In this document: positions 45,946-55,136 of the stretch, in pieces | Position numbering within the stretch: the first letter of the stretch is position 1 | Layout of the letters: each line of letters begins with the position of its first letter | IMG/VR virus record: IMGVR_UViG_3300017917_002434 | Span: 62,001 to 126,000 of that record | Reading direction: 5' to 3' (one strand) | Length of the DNA: 64,000 nt | Program-made: the position numbers and the translations under genes | Notes under the pieces: model-generated | Told to the model about the DNA's origin: nothing | The model's input: only the letters and a program-made list of their open reading frames with translations | The model's database searches: none

Positions 45946-46331
45946 AGACCAAAGACGTTTATACCGAAATATTTCTAAAAGCCGCAGAAGAACAAGTAAA
46001 CGAAAATTTAGTAAAATCTAAAAAGAGTACTTGGTGGTGGAATACTAGAAATAAAGATACCGGAGGCCTTAGGCTAACTGAGGAAGGTATAGACTACATC
46101 ACAGACAATGCCAAACTAAAAACATACAAAATAAAATTTCCAAACGAAATAATTATCACTCCACAAATATTAGTATGGCTTGACAATTTCATCGAAAGTC
46201 CGTATTATATAACAAAGAAAGATATTACTGTTATAACTGAAAAAGCTGCGTTTGAATTATACCTGTTTTCTGGAGATATCAGAAAATTTGGGTACGGCAA
46301 AGCTCTAAATCAAAGACTGAACCAAGAATAG
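45942..46331 (+). CDS. Hypothetical protein
   Basis: Coupled ORF; GLRLT.EG. Confidence 0.6.
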   Translation: MKTKDVYTEIFLKAAEEQVNENLVKSKKSTWWWNTRNKDTGGLRLTEEGIDYITDNAKLKTYKIKFPNEIIITPQILVWLDNFIESPYYITKKDITVITEKAAFELYLFSGDIRKFGYGKALNQRLNQE

Positions 46332-46364
46332 TATATCTATCGTTTTTGTACCGTAAATACTAAC

Positions 46365-46610
46365 ATGAATCTAAACCCTCTAGATGTTTTAAACAAAAGG
46401 TCATTGACTTGGATTCCTCCGCATTTCGCTCGGATCAAAGTTAAGCATCAATTTTTTGAAACTGATCTAGAGGATTGGGTAAAATACAAACTCAAAGGAA
46501 GATACTGTCTGATACAGAATGTAGATGCTAGTACAGCTACTTTAGGGTTTGAAGATGATAAAGAGCTAACTTATTTTATGTTAGCCTGTCCGCATTTTAG
46601 GAGAATATAA
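46365..46610 (+). CDS. Hypothetical protein
   Basis: CGTAAATAC just upstream. Confidence 0.55.
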   Translation: MNLNPLDVLNKRSLTWIPPHFARIKVKHQFFETDLEDWVKYKLKGRYCLIQNVDASTATLGFEDDKELTYFMLACPHFRRI

Positions 46611-46840
46611 TGACAGAAGAAGTTAAACAAGAGCAAGCTCAGCCGCAACAGACAGAAGCTAAGGCACCAGAGCTTACTATTAATGATTTGGGTGCCCTGC
46701 GTACTATTATTGATGTAGCAACGCAACGTGGAGCATTCAAAGCAGCAGAGATGGAGTCTGTTGGTAAGGTCTATAACAGATTAGCATCTTTTCTCGAAAG
46801 TGTAACACCAAAACCAGAAGGACAAAAAGAAAATGGTTAA
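46610..46840 (+). CDS. Hypothetical protein
   Basis: AGGAG RBS; IIDVA..RGAF.A.E. Confidence 0.6.
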   Translation: MTEEVKQEQAQPQQTEAKAPELTINDLGALRTIIDVATQRGAFKAAEMESVGKVYNRLASFLESVTPKPEGQKENG

Positions 46841-47453
46841 TATTAAACACATAGGCCGTATGAAAGCTAATAAGGCGAAAGTCTTAGTAGTTTTTAAAAC
46901 ATTGCCTAACGACCCAGAGCATTGCCTTGTAGTCGGAACAGCAGGATTGAATGATAATTATCACAATTCAATTATCAGCTTAGTTGAAAGCCAACAGGCT
47001 CAAGATACGTTTGAGTTAGGTGAAATTTTATCAATCCGTTATTTTCCAGATGGAAAACCAATGTTAGCAGCACTACATCAGGGAAAGAATCTAGTTCGTG
47101 TTCCCACAAAAGATGTTGAAATGACTCCTGGTCCAAACACCGCAATGCCGTTAAACGAATTAAACAAGTTAATCGCAGAGCAACGTGGAGTAAGATTAGA
47201 AGATCTAGCTGTTACAGACGGTCCAGCTAAATCCGAAGTAAGAGAAGTAGCTAAAGTTAGAGATCTAATGGAGACTGCTCCAACGGCTCAAGCAAAGACT
47301 GACGGTGTGTTGTCCGACCTTGATCTAGCTAAATCTTATAGAAGCCAAGCAGATGCTATGTATAAAGAAGCCGCAAGACTTCGCAAACAAGCAGATGAAC
47401 TAGATCCGCCGAAGAAAAAGACAGTAAAGGTATCAGAAGACGCTAGTGCCTAA
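46833..47453 (+). CDS. Hypothetical protein
   Basis: 206-aa coupled ORF. Confidence 0.6.
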   Translation: MVNIKHIGRMKANKAKVLVVFKTLPNDPEHCLVVGTAGLNDNYHNSIISLVESQQAQDTFELGEILSIRYFPDGKPMLAALHQGKNLVRVPTKDVEMTPGPNTAMPLNELNKLIAEQRGVRLEDLAVTDGPAKSEVREVAKVRDLMETAPTAQAKTDGVLSDLDLAKSYRSQADAMYKEAARLRKQADELDPPKKKTVKVSEDASA

Positions 47454-47760
47454 AAAATACTTCAAGCCGCCCAAAGATGTTATAAAAGAATGGCCTGAAG
47501 TATTCGAAGAGATATACATGAGCTCGATGCCCATTAAGTATATCCATGGAGTAGAACTAACCTTTCACGACGGCAGAGTTTGGGAAATTGATCTTCCAGA
47601 ACAACTAGATCTAGTTGACGAAGATGATATTTTGGAAAAACTTTCTGAAGGTATCAGAGATTTCCAAGATGAAATCGTTACCGTTAACTTTCAAGTTGAC
47701 ATAGACCGACTTAAACAAGATATTTTAAAATTAACAAAAAACATATTAGGTGACAAATGA
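47446..47760 (+). CDS. Hypothetical protein
   Basis: GTG start; coupled ORF. Confidence 0.55.
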   Translation: MPKKYFKPPKDVIKEWPEVFEEIYMSSMPIKYIHGVELTFHDGRVWEIDLPEQLDLVDEDDILEKLSEGIRDFQDEIVTVNFQVDIDRLKQDILKLTKNILGDK

Positions 47761-48422
47761 ATGTTAATCTCGTTTCCTATTCACAACCCACAGGTCAATT
47801 TAGACAGTTGGGTATCGAAGACGCACAGGAACTCATCGCGTATTGTGCCCGTGTCAGCAATCCCGCAAACCAACTTAACACCGAGACATCAGAAAAACTC
47901 ATCAGATACTTGGTCAAACACAAACACTGGTCACCACTCGAAATGGTCTCAGCCTGTATCGAAATCACTACAACCAGAGATATCGCAAGACAGATCCTTA
48001 GACACAGAAGTTTCAGCTTCCAAGAATTCAGTCAGCGATATGCTGATCCTACTAAAGACCTCTCGTTTGTGGTTAGAGAAGCACGACTTCAAGACCCAAA
48101 GAATCGACAGAACAGTGTCGAAACGGATGACGAACGCCTACAACGAGATTGGGAACTTAGACAAAACAATGTCATCACAGAAGCCAGAATGGCCTACCAA
48201 TGGGCTATCGATAATGGCATAGCCAAAGAACAGGCTCGTGCTGTACTGCCAGAAGGTTTAATTGAAAGTAAACTTTATATGAATGGAACGCTACGTAGTT
48301 GGATTCATTTTATTGAATTACGTAGTGCTAACGGCACACAAAAAGAACACCAAGAAGTTGCGATAGCCTGTGCTAAAGTTATCTCAGAAATATTTCCGTT
48401 AACTAACGATTTTATTGGTTAG
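47757..48422 (+). CDS. thyX: Flavin-dependent thymidylate synthase
   Basis: HWSPLE, RQILRHRSFSFQEFSQRY, EQARAVLP, LRS. Confidence 0.95.
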   Translation: MNVNLVSYSQPTGQFRQLGIEDAQELIAYCARVSNPANQLNTETSEKLIRYLVKHKHWSPLEMVSACIEITTTRDIARQILRHRSFSFQEFSQRYADPTKDLSFVVREARLQDPKNRQNSVETDDERLQRDWELRQNNVITEARMAYQWAIDNGIAKEQARAVLPEGLIESKLYMNGTLRSWIHFIELRSANGTQKEHQEVAIACAKVISEIFPLTNDFIG

Positions 48423-49800
48423 TAATTTTCCACTGATCATATATAGATCGCATTTCGGGGAACGTGCTTAAAAAGTTCGTTCCTCGTCTTTTATCGTGTT
48501 CATCAACAAACGCTACAAAATCTTTTCTGATTGTAGGCAATAAATTTTCGTCGTATCTATGGTCTTCTGCCCATTTGGCTACACGTTGAAATTTTGATAA
48601 TTCCGTGCTATCAAAATGTTTATAACTTAAATTATCAACTTTAGTTTTCATGTAATCAATAGCTTTATATAAACGTTGTATCTGATCGTCGTTGGCTATC
48701 TGTAAACTAAGATGTGGTGGTTCTAAAAGATACGGAGTATCCATCTGTATTCTTCGATTGAATCTTGTATTATATTTTTGTCTTAATTCTAAAATTTTAT
48801 CTAATAATTCTTCGAAATTATAAATGCTTAAAAGATTAACTGTTATCATAAATCCTAATTTACCGTTAGGAACTTCGTTAAGATAACGATGTATATTATT
48901 TTCCCATTGGACTAAATCTAATCCATTTCTAATATATTCTGCTTGATTACCCCAAGTATCAACACTAGTGTAAAGCATAATCTCTTTTACTTTTTTGTTT
49001 TCTTTTAAAGATTTAGCACGAACGATAAATTTATCAAGATTACGCTGCGGTACACTCATATTACTATTAATAGCGAATTGTAAATCTGATCTTGGATGGT
49101 CTTCTATGTAATCTAACATCTTCATGAAATTAGTACTTAATAATGGTTCTCCTCCGGTTACTCTTAGAGTCTCTAAATTTTTATAGCACTCCGGAAACCA
49201 TTGCCAAAAAGCATCAATGTAGGGATTATTCTCTTCTTTATATACAGTACGAGCTTTAGGATTAATTGCGTATTGCCTACGATTAGGCATATATTGTAAA
49301 GGATATTCTCCGTGTTTTTTGATCTCTCCTTCCCAAGCACTGCTAATAGTTGGAGCACAATATATACACTTCATCTGGCATTCTGAACCAAAACTTAATT
49401 CCATATATCTAGGATAAACATCAGCATCCCATGGTAAATTTTTTACATACTCGATACTCGGAATGGTATTTTCAAATTCCCAACTTCTTAAATGTCTGTC
49501 ACTGATTTGGCCTAGATCTTCTAGTGCCCAACAATAACTACATTCTTGAGGACGTTCGCCCTCTAACATCATCTTCCTTTGTTGTTTTTTATAATTACTA
49601 TTGTGTAATGCCGCAGGATTATTGTTCACTTCATCAACACTGACTCTGTGCATAGAAGGATGATAACAACTATGGTTATCTCCGGTATGAAGATGTATTG
49701 TGACCATGTGCCACTTAGCTAGACAAAACCCTTTACCTGTTTTATCTAGTTCATTAGCAATCTTGATATATTTTTTATTCGGGTCTCGACGCCAAAACAT
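48412..49800 (-). CDS. Radical SAM protein with N-terminal auxiliary Cys (twitch-like) domain
   Basis: CQMKCIYC, TGGEPL; N-terminal CLAKW..SCYH..CSYCW. Confidence 0.85.
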   Translation of the reverse strand: MFWRRDPNKKYIKIANELDKTGKGFCLAKWHMVTIHLHTGDNHSCYHPSMHRVSVDEVNNNPAALHNSNYKKQQRKMMLEGERPQECSYCWALEDLGQISDRHLRSWEFENTIPSIEYVKNLPWDADVYPRYMELSFGSECQMKCIYCAPTISSAWEGEIKKHGEYPLQYMPNRRQYAINPKARTVYKEENNPYIDAFWQWFPECYKNLETLRVTGGEPLLSTNFMKMLDYIEDHPRSDLQFAINSNMSVPQRNLDKFIVRAKSLKENKKVKEIMLYTSVDTWGNQAEYIRNGLDLVQWENNIHRYLNEVPNGKLGFMITVNLLSIYNFEELLDKILELRQKYNTRFNRRIQMDTPYLLEPPHLSLQIANDDQIQRLYKAIDYMKTKVDNLSYKHFDSTELSKFQRVAKWAEDHRYDENLLPTIRKDFVAFVDEHDKRRGTNFLSTFPEMRSIYDQWKITNQ

Positions 49801-50458
49801 ACTGTTCTTTTAAAAAATTAAAATCGTTGATTTTTCTTAAATCGTCAATGCTGTGTTTATATCTATGACCATATTCTCTTCCTTCACGGGCACCATTTAA
49901 ACATTCTTGAGAAAACTCGTTTCCGTTGGCTTTCTCGCACCAAACGTCTAGTCTATATTCGTCATCATACTTATTTCTATTTTTAATAGCAGAAGACGAA
50001 AGTTTTACGCATTCTCTAAATGCGGTACGCCAAGTATGAAATTCGCTTGAGTTAAATCGATGTATATTTAAAGTTAAATCCACGTGTTCAATTTTACCAA
50101 AAAAACTTGTAGAAAAATCAACAACTTCAGTATCAGTAAAAAAAGATTTTTTAAATATTTTTATAGCACCGTGTCCGTACTCTAGACCATTTATTGGATT
50201 TCTAGCAGAAAAAATATACATCTTGTTTTGGTCAATGATGCTGTCATATACCTTAGACATCTGAAAACTATCTAGCAGATACGCATCAGAATCAATAACT
50301 AAAAACATATCTGTAATAGATCTATCTCCGCAAAGTTTGTGAGATTCAGCTATGTTCGTTTTGGTAGTAAAAAGATTAAGATCATTTATTTTAGATTTTG
50401 CTACTAAGAAATTTTCCGCTAAATTAGGATCGTCGTAGCTTAGGAAGAACTTTTCCAT
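49775..50458 (-). CDS. Glycosyltransferase-like protein (GT-A, DxD)
   Basis: SYDDP, VIDSD, NPINGLEYGHGAIK, WRTAFRECVKL; paralog of the adjacent gene. Confidence 0.6.
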   Translation of the reverse strand: MEKFFLSYDDPNLAENFLVAKSKINDLNLFTTKTNIAESHKLCGDRSITDMFLVIDSDAYLLDSFQMSKVYDSIIDQNKMYIFSARNPINGLEYGHGAIKIFKKSFFTDTEVVDFSTSFFGKIEHVDLTLNIHRFNSSEFHTWRTAFRECVKLSSSAIKNRNKYDDEYRLDVWCEKANGNEFSQECLNGAREGREYGHRYKHSIDDLRKINDFNFLKEQYVLASRPE

Positions 50459-51357
50459 ACTGGATCCTTATTATAATAAGTTTGACCTAATGCCACTGTT
50501 TCAGCATATAAGTCTGTGATATATTTGCTTTGTTTAGGATCAAAGGTTGTGAGGTCTAATCCTATACCTGCTCGTATTTCGAAAGCTAAAGAATCTAATG
50601 TTTCTAATATTTTATTTCTGTCACCTTCCATCTCAGCATATTCACTATCGTATATCTGTCTGATACATTCAAAATCTCTTACGTTTATATGATTCCAGTC
50701 AGTACAGTAAGTCATATAACTTCCGGCCCTTGCTCCTAACATAGCATAGATACCATTTTCTACATGATCTCCCACGCAGCTCCATATTTTTAATCTGTGT
50801 AAATTGTGCCAGTAAATTTGAGTAGCTACTGAAGTGCTGTTAACTTTTAATCCATCTTTCAGTAGCATCTTAACGCCTTCACGAAAACCTGCTCTCCATG
50901 CTTGGTATGGAGTGGCATTTATAACTGTCTTGCTGAAAACTGTAGGGTGATTAAGGTACCCTTCTTCCCAACAAAAATCTACCTGTGCTCTAGATTCTAC
51001 AGCAGCTTCGTGTGTACGCATATTGCTTACGAATTCTTTGTTCCAGATTTTTAATCCGCCGTTGCCGTATCTTAAATTATTAATTACATTCTCTCCAGAC
51101 CATCCGTAGACCTGTATTCCTGATGTTTCTTTTATCTCAATTTGAAAAAATTTATCGTCAACAATGTTATCCCCATCTACGGTTACGAACCATTCTGTCT
51201 CGGATATCTCAGCTGCGGCTTTATGAGCGTTATCGCTACCTTTGATTCCGTGTATTCTTTTTGCGTAGGGAACTTTATTACACAGATCCGCATAATTAAA
51301 ATCTGCGTTTGGTTCATCGTAGGAAATAAAAATAATATCTAATTCTGATGTTTTCAT
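50440..51357 (-). CDS. Glycosyltransferase-like protein (GT-A, DxD)
   Basis: SYDEP, TVDGD, N.INNLRYGNGGLK, WRAGFREGVKM. Confidence 0.6.
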   Translation of the reverse strand: MKTSELDIIFISYDEPNADFNYADLCNKVPYAKRIHGIKGSDNAHKAAAEISETEWFVTVDGDNIVDDKFFQIEIKETSGIQVYGWSGENVINNLRYGNGGLKIWNKEFVSNMRTHEAAVESRAQVDFCWEEGYLNHPTVFSKTVINATPYQAWRAGFREGVKMLLKDGLKVNSTSVATQIYWHNLHRLKIWSCVGDHVENGIYAMLGARAGSYMTYCTDWNHINVRDFECIRQIYDSEYAEMEGDRNKILETLDSLAFEIRAGIGLDLTTFDPKQSKYITDLYAETVALGQTYYNKDPVWKSSS

Positions 51358-51929
51358 GTTATTGTATAAACTATGTTTAATTTTTTTCTATGATAAAAAC
51401 TAATTTGATTAGCGAACAATTTTTTATAATCGCAGCGATCTATATCGTATATCATTTCATCTGAAACAAATTTGTTTAAGTCAAGTTCGAAAGTTTGATA
51501 ATGACAATTAATATCATTTTTTCCAGTCAAATGAATATGAGTTTTATTTTTATAAGAATTTACTTTTAAAGACTCGTCACCTAAAAATTTTATTTTTAAT
51601 ACCGGCTTATTTTCTAAACTAGTCACTTCGAGTTTTATCTCAGCAGTAACATCTTGTGATCTGTGTACATATGGAATTGACAATAATTTATTATATGTGA
51701 GATCAGCAGTCGCTACACGTTGATCGACTAAATCAATCTTACTTCCATTTGTAAAGACTTTAAAATCTGTAAACAATCTAGGTATAGAATCACTGTCATT
51801 AAGTTCATTTAATTTCTTTTGATTTACTTTAAATGACTTTCTAGTATCAACAGAATTTTCTATCTCAGTAGAAGATACTTTTATAATAGTGCCCGAACTT
51901 GTTTCAAATAGAATGTAAAGATTATCCAT
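51354..51929 (-). CDS. Hypothetical protein
   Basis: Coupled within the GT operon. Confidence 0.55.
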   Translation of the reverse strand: MDNLYILFETSSGTIIKVSSTEIENSVDTRKSFKVNQKKLNELNDSDSIPRLFTDFKVFTNGSKIDLVDQRVATADLTYNKLLSIPYVHRSQDVTAEIKLEVTSLENKPVLKIKFLGDESLKVNSYKNKTHIHLTGKNDINCHYQTFELDLNKFVSDEMIYDIDRCDYKKLFANQISFYHRKKLNIVYTIT

Positions 51930-52776
51930 GAGTTATCTTCATACGTTTTAAAAATTCTGTTTGATAAATTTGTATTAAGGATCCAACGTCTAGATCCTTA
52001 TCCGAATAATGTAAAAGTTCGGTCTGATTAAAAATTCCAATTTTAAAAGTGTTTTCGTTAAAATAATAACCGAGGTCGTCTTTGATAGTTCCCCCATTAA
52101 CACCATCTTGTAAAATAGATTTTAGATGAGTGAATCTAGGAAAGGCTAGGGGATAAGATATTTCATGTTCTATGTCTAAAATTTTTGCGGCAAGAGCAAA
52201 TGATTCATCTGTTCCAACGACTTCAGGAGTTTGTTTAGGTAAAAAGAAATTCTTAAATTCTCTAGGATTTTCTATTATTTTTCTATTTAGATCAAAAAAA
52301 TCTTTAGATTTATCTGTTTTTGAAAAAAAGGTATAAGCAGAATAAAGCATAGGCAGATCGTTGACCTTAAATGCCTTTCTACAATAGTCATTAAGTAGTT
52401 CGTCGCCATTGTACTGAAGTACTCTATTAGCAACATAAAGATAGCTTTCCCTTATAAAATAATCAATCCAATGACTTGTATCTCTAAAGAAAATCATATC
52501 AGTATCTAGGCAAACTGTATATTTCCACGGAGATAATTCATCCATATAAGATCTACCGTCCCAATGTGTTTTCTTATCCCAGAAACCAACTGTGTCAAAA
52601 TAAGGCATTCCTCTGAACCAAGATAGTTTGTCTTTATCATCTGTTATCAAAGCAACACGATCGTACCCATACTTCTGTGTTCTCTTTATAGAAAGTGCTA
52701 ACAACACAGCCATCAGATCGTACCTATGAGCTGTGCTTTTAGATATTATAATAAGGTACCCAAAATCGTTATTCAA
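51922..52776 (-). CDS. Glycosyltransferase-like protein (GT8-like)
   Basis: LALSIK, VALITD, SPW..TVCLDTDM, GTDE.FA, LHY. Confidence 0.65.
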   Translation of the reverse strand: MNNDFGYLIIISKSTAHRYDLMAVLLALSIKRTQKYGYDRVALITDDKDKLSWFRGMPYFDTVGFWDKKTHWDGRSYMDELSPWKYTVCLDTDMIFFRDTSHWIDYFIRESYLYVANRVLQYNGDELLNDYCRKAFKVNDLPMLYSAYTFFSKTDKSKDFFDLNRKIIENPREFKNFFLPKQTPEVVGTDESFALAAKILDIEHEISYPLAFPRFTHLKSILQDGVNGGTIKDDLGYYFNENTFKIGIFNQTELLHYSDKDLDVGSLIQIYQTEFLKRMKITHG

Positions 52777-53542
52777 CTACTGCCTCCTGTAGACTAAATT
52801 TATTCATTATATGAACATCTACATCAACAACGATATCATCGATTAAAATATTGTCTTTATCAAATCGTATGTTTTTAAAACTTTCAAGTGCCATCATTGG
52901 ACTTGGTAACAAATTGTCTGTAACAACGAATCCATGTGCTATGTGATTAGCTATGGTAAAAGCAAAGTCATTTCTAAAACTTGTTGGCGGCAAGTTATAT
53001 AGATCAATAAAATAAAACCAATTTTCTTTTACATATTCGACAATTTTAAAAATATGCTCTACAGTGTCAGTTTTTGAAAACATAACAGCCGTGGCCCATC
53101 TCATAGGAATAGTTGTCGGAGATAGTTTTATCGTGTCCTGTGATAATTTGCTACCTATCGGTAACATACTTTCGGTGATAAGAAATTCTTTTTCCGAATA
53201 CCAATAAGAATCTAATCTATCAGTAAGTATAAAAAAATCCGAATCGATTAATAGAGTCCGTTCGTAAGGAGAATAATCAAAGGCCGAGAATCTATTCGTA
53301 TTAATAAAATCAATATGTCGAGCATCTAATAATCTAGTATTTGAACTGTCTGGTCTATCGATAATCAATAGATTATCAATATTTTTTAAATTTGAACTAG
53401 TGTTTGTTACAGATTCTCGATCTGTTATTAACGTCACAGGCACGTTTAAATTTTTCGCAGCGTAGCCAGCTGCGACATTAGACAACTTTACATAATCTAT
53501 GTCTTTAGAATTATGTCCGAATATTACTACACCTTTATCCAT
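52769..53542 (-). CDS. Glycosyltransferase-like protein
   Basis: PVTLITD, SPYERTLLIDSDF, RNDFAF, HIMNK. Confidence 0.65.
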   Translation of the reverse strand: MDKGVVIFGHNSKDIDYVKLSNVAAGYAAKNLNVPVTLITDRESVTNTSSNLKNIDNLLIIDRPDSSNTRLLDARHIDFINTNRFSAFDYSPYERTLLIDSDFFILTDRLDSYWYSEKEFLITESMLPIGSKLSQDTIKLSPTTIPMRWATAVMFSKTDTVEHIFKIVEYVKENWFYFIDLYNLPPTSFRNDFAFTIANHIAHGFVVTDNLLPSPMMALESFKNIRFDKDNILIDDIVVDVDVHIMNKFSLQEAVVE

Positions 53543-53858
53543 TTTTTAGATCTTGATATCCAGCATTATATCTTCCTAAAGCCATGAAATATCGATCTAA
53601 GATATCTTTTTGAAATTGAGATAAATTTTCTATTACGACCGGTGTATGATTAATATCTAATAAAATTACGTTCTGCTGTTTGTTTATAGACAGAAGAAAA
53701 TTTACATAAGTTATTAGTTGCTGATCAATCTTAAAAATTCCGCCGTTATAACCAAAAGTGATATCAGCATCAAAACGCTCTCTAAGAAGTTGGCGTTTGA
53801 TTTTTGCTGACAGCAATCTGTCAGATTTTTTAATTATAGATTCAAGAGATTTTTCCAT
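53535..53858 (-). CDS. Hypothetical protein
   Basis: YNGG.FKI; first gene of the GT block. Confidence 0.6.
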   Translation of the reverse strand: MEKSLESIIKKSDRLLSAKIKRQLLRERFDADITFGYNGGIFKIDQQLITYVNFLLSINKQQNVILLDINHTPVVIENLSQFQKDILDRYFMALGRYNAGYQDLKNG

Positions 53859-53861
53859 AGT

Positions 53862-53892
53862 TTAGCTCGACAAATTATATATGCCGAGCTAA
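53862..53892 (-). promoter_or_regulatory. Hairpin directly before the start of the GT block
   Basis: 11-bp stem (one G-U) TTAGCTCGGCA/TGTCGAGCTAA, loop TATATAATT; ends 3 nt before ATG; no U-tract. Confidence 0.5.
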
Positions 53893-53897
53893 CCAGG

Positions 53898-55127
53898 TTA
53901 TAGGTTATTTGTGAAGCTAACTAGAAGTTGTGTAGCTGGATCCCATCCTAGAGGAATAGGTGTCTTAGTGTATATGGCATTTACGTTAAATTGAATATCA
54001 GCTGTTACACCGCCAGTGAATGCGTTTGAAACCTGATCTTGTAACAATAGATTAAATTGAATAACATTTGGCTGACCGACTACTCTAAAATGTTCCATCT
54101 TTATATAATTTGATGTATAGGGCGAAGTAGTGGCAAATTTTTCGTAGATCGTTGTGAATCCAACTGTACTAGATGCGAACGCACCTTCCGCTGTAAAATT
54201 ATTTGTATCGCTGGTTCTGTCAGGTAAGAATGTCGTAGAATCGTAACCCATGACTGCCTTAGTAAATCCCGTGTAATACATAGGGAAGTTATTATTGATC
54301 AATGTCTGCCAAGAACCTTCTTTAGCTGCCTGTTGACCTGTGGTCTGAACGTTAGATATGACAATATTAAATCTTATCATACCTCCAGTATTCCAATATT
54401 GGAAAAATCTAAGTTCGTCTGGCCACGAAATAGTAAATGTAGCATCGATACCAGAAGCACCGTCACCCCATGTAGCGGTCTGGCTACGTGTGGCTATTAA
54501 CACATTATCAAAGGTTCTTAAAACTAATTTTTTTGTTAGTGCCTGATCGATGGCGGTATAATATTGATTATACACGTTTCCCTGTATCGTTGTATTTCTC
54601 GTGGGCGACGTAGTGCTGGAATTAATGGCAAAAATATGTTGAAACACAGCATCTAAGTCTAACTTAATACGATCAAACTGACTCTTATGTACGATAGGTT
54701 GAGTTACACTACCATTGCCTGTAGCATATGCGGGCAAACTAGATCCTTGTAAAAAGGTATCTTTTAACGCAAAAGAATTAGTAAGAGCATTAACAACTTC
54801 AAAATACTGCCCCTCTAAGGACGACGATGCCCAAGAACCGGGCAGTCCTGATAGATAAACAATGTCACCGTTTTGGAATCCGTGTGCTGTTTGGGTAGTG
54901 ACCACAGCGGGGTTGGTTTTCGAAATAGTAGAAATTGTTTTAGTGAATGGATAAGGAGCAGAATTTAAAAATGCTGAAGTTAATCCGTAACCGTTGCCTC
55001 TGGCTGAATTTAAAGGTTTCCCAGTATTGTCCACAGCAATAGGACCGATAATACCTAACAGTGTATTATATAAATTGTCCCAGTCACTAAATGATATCGG
55101 TGTTACACCCGGCGTAATTGTCGGCAT
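53898..55127 (-). CDS. Putative virion/tail protein
   Basis: ISKTNPAVVT...HGF..GD.V.L beta module; T/S/N-rich; follows the fibre genes. Confidence 0.55.
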   Translation of the reverse strand: MPTITPGVTPISFSDWDNLYNTLLGIIGPIAVDNTGKPLNSARGNGYGLTSAFLNSAPYPFTKTISTISKTNPAVVTTQTAHGFQNGDIVYLSGLPGSWASSSLEGQYFEVVNALTNSFALKDTFLQGSSLPAYATGNGSVTQPIVHKSQFDRIKLDLDAVFQHIFAINSSTTSPTRNTTIQGNVYNQYYTAIDQALTKKLVLRTFDNVLIATRSQTATWGDGASGIDATFTISWPDELRFFQYWNTGGMIRFNIVISNVQTTGQQAAKEGSWQTLINNNFPMYYTGFTKAVMGYDSTTFLPDRTSDTNNFTAEGAFASSTVGFTTIYEKFATTSPYTSNYIKMEHFRVVGQPNVIQFNLLLQDQVSNAFTGGVTADIQFNVNAIYTKTPIPLGWDPATQLLVSFTNNL

Positions 55128-55136
55128 TTTTTTTCC

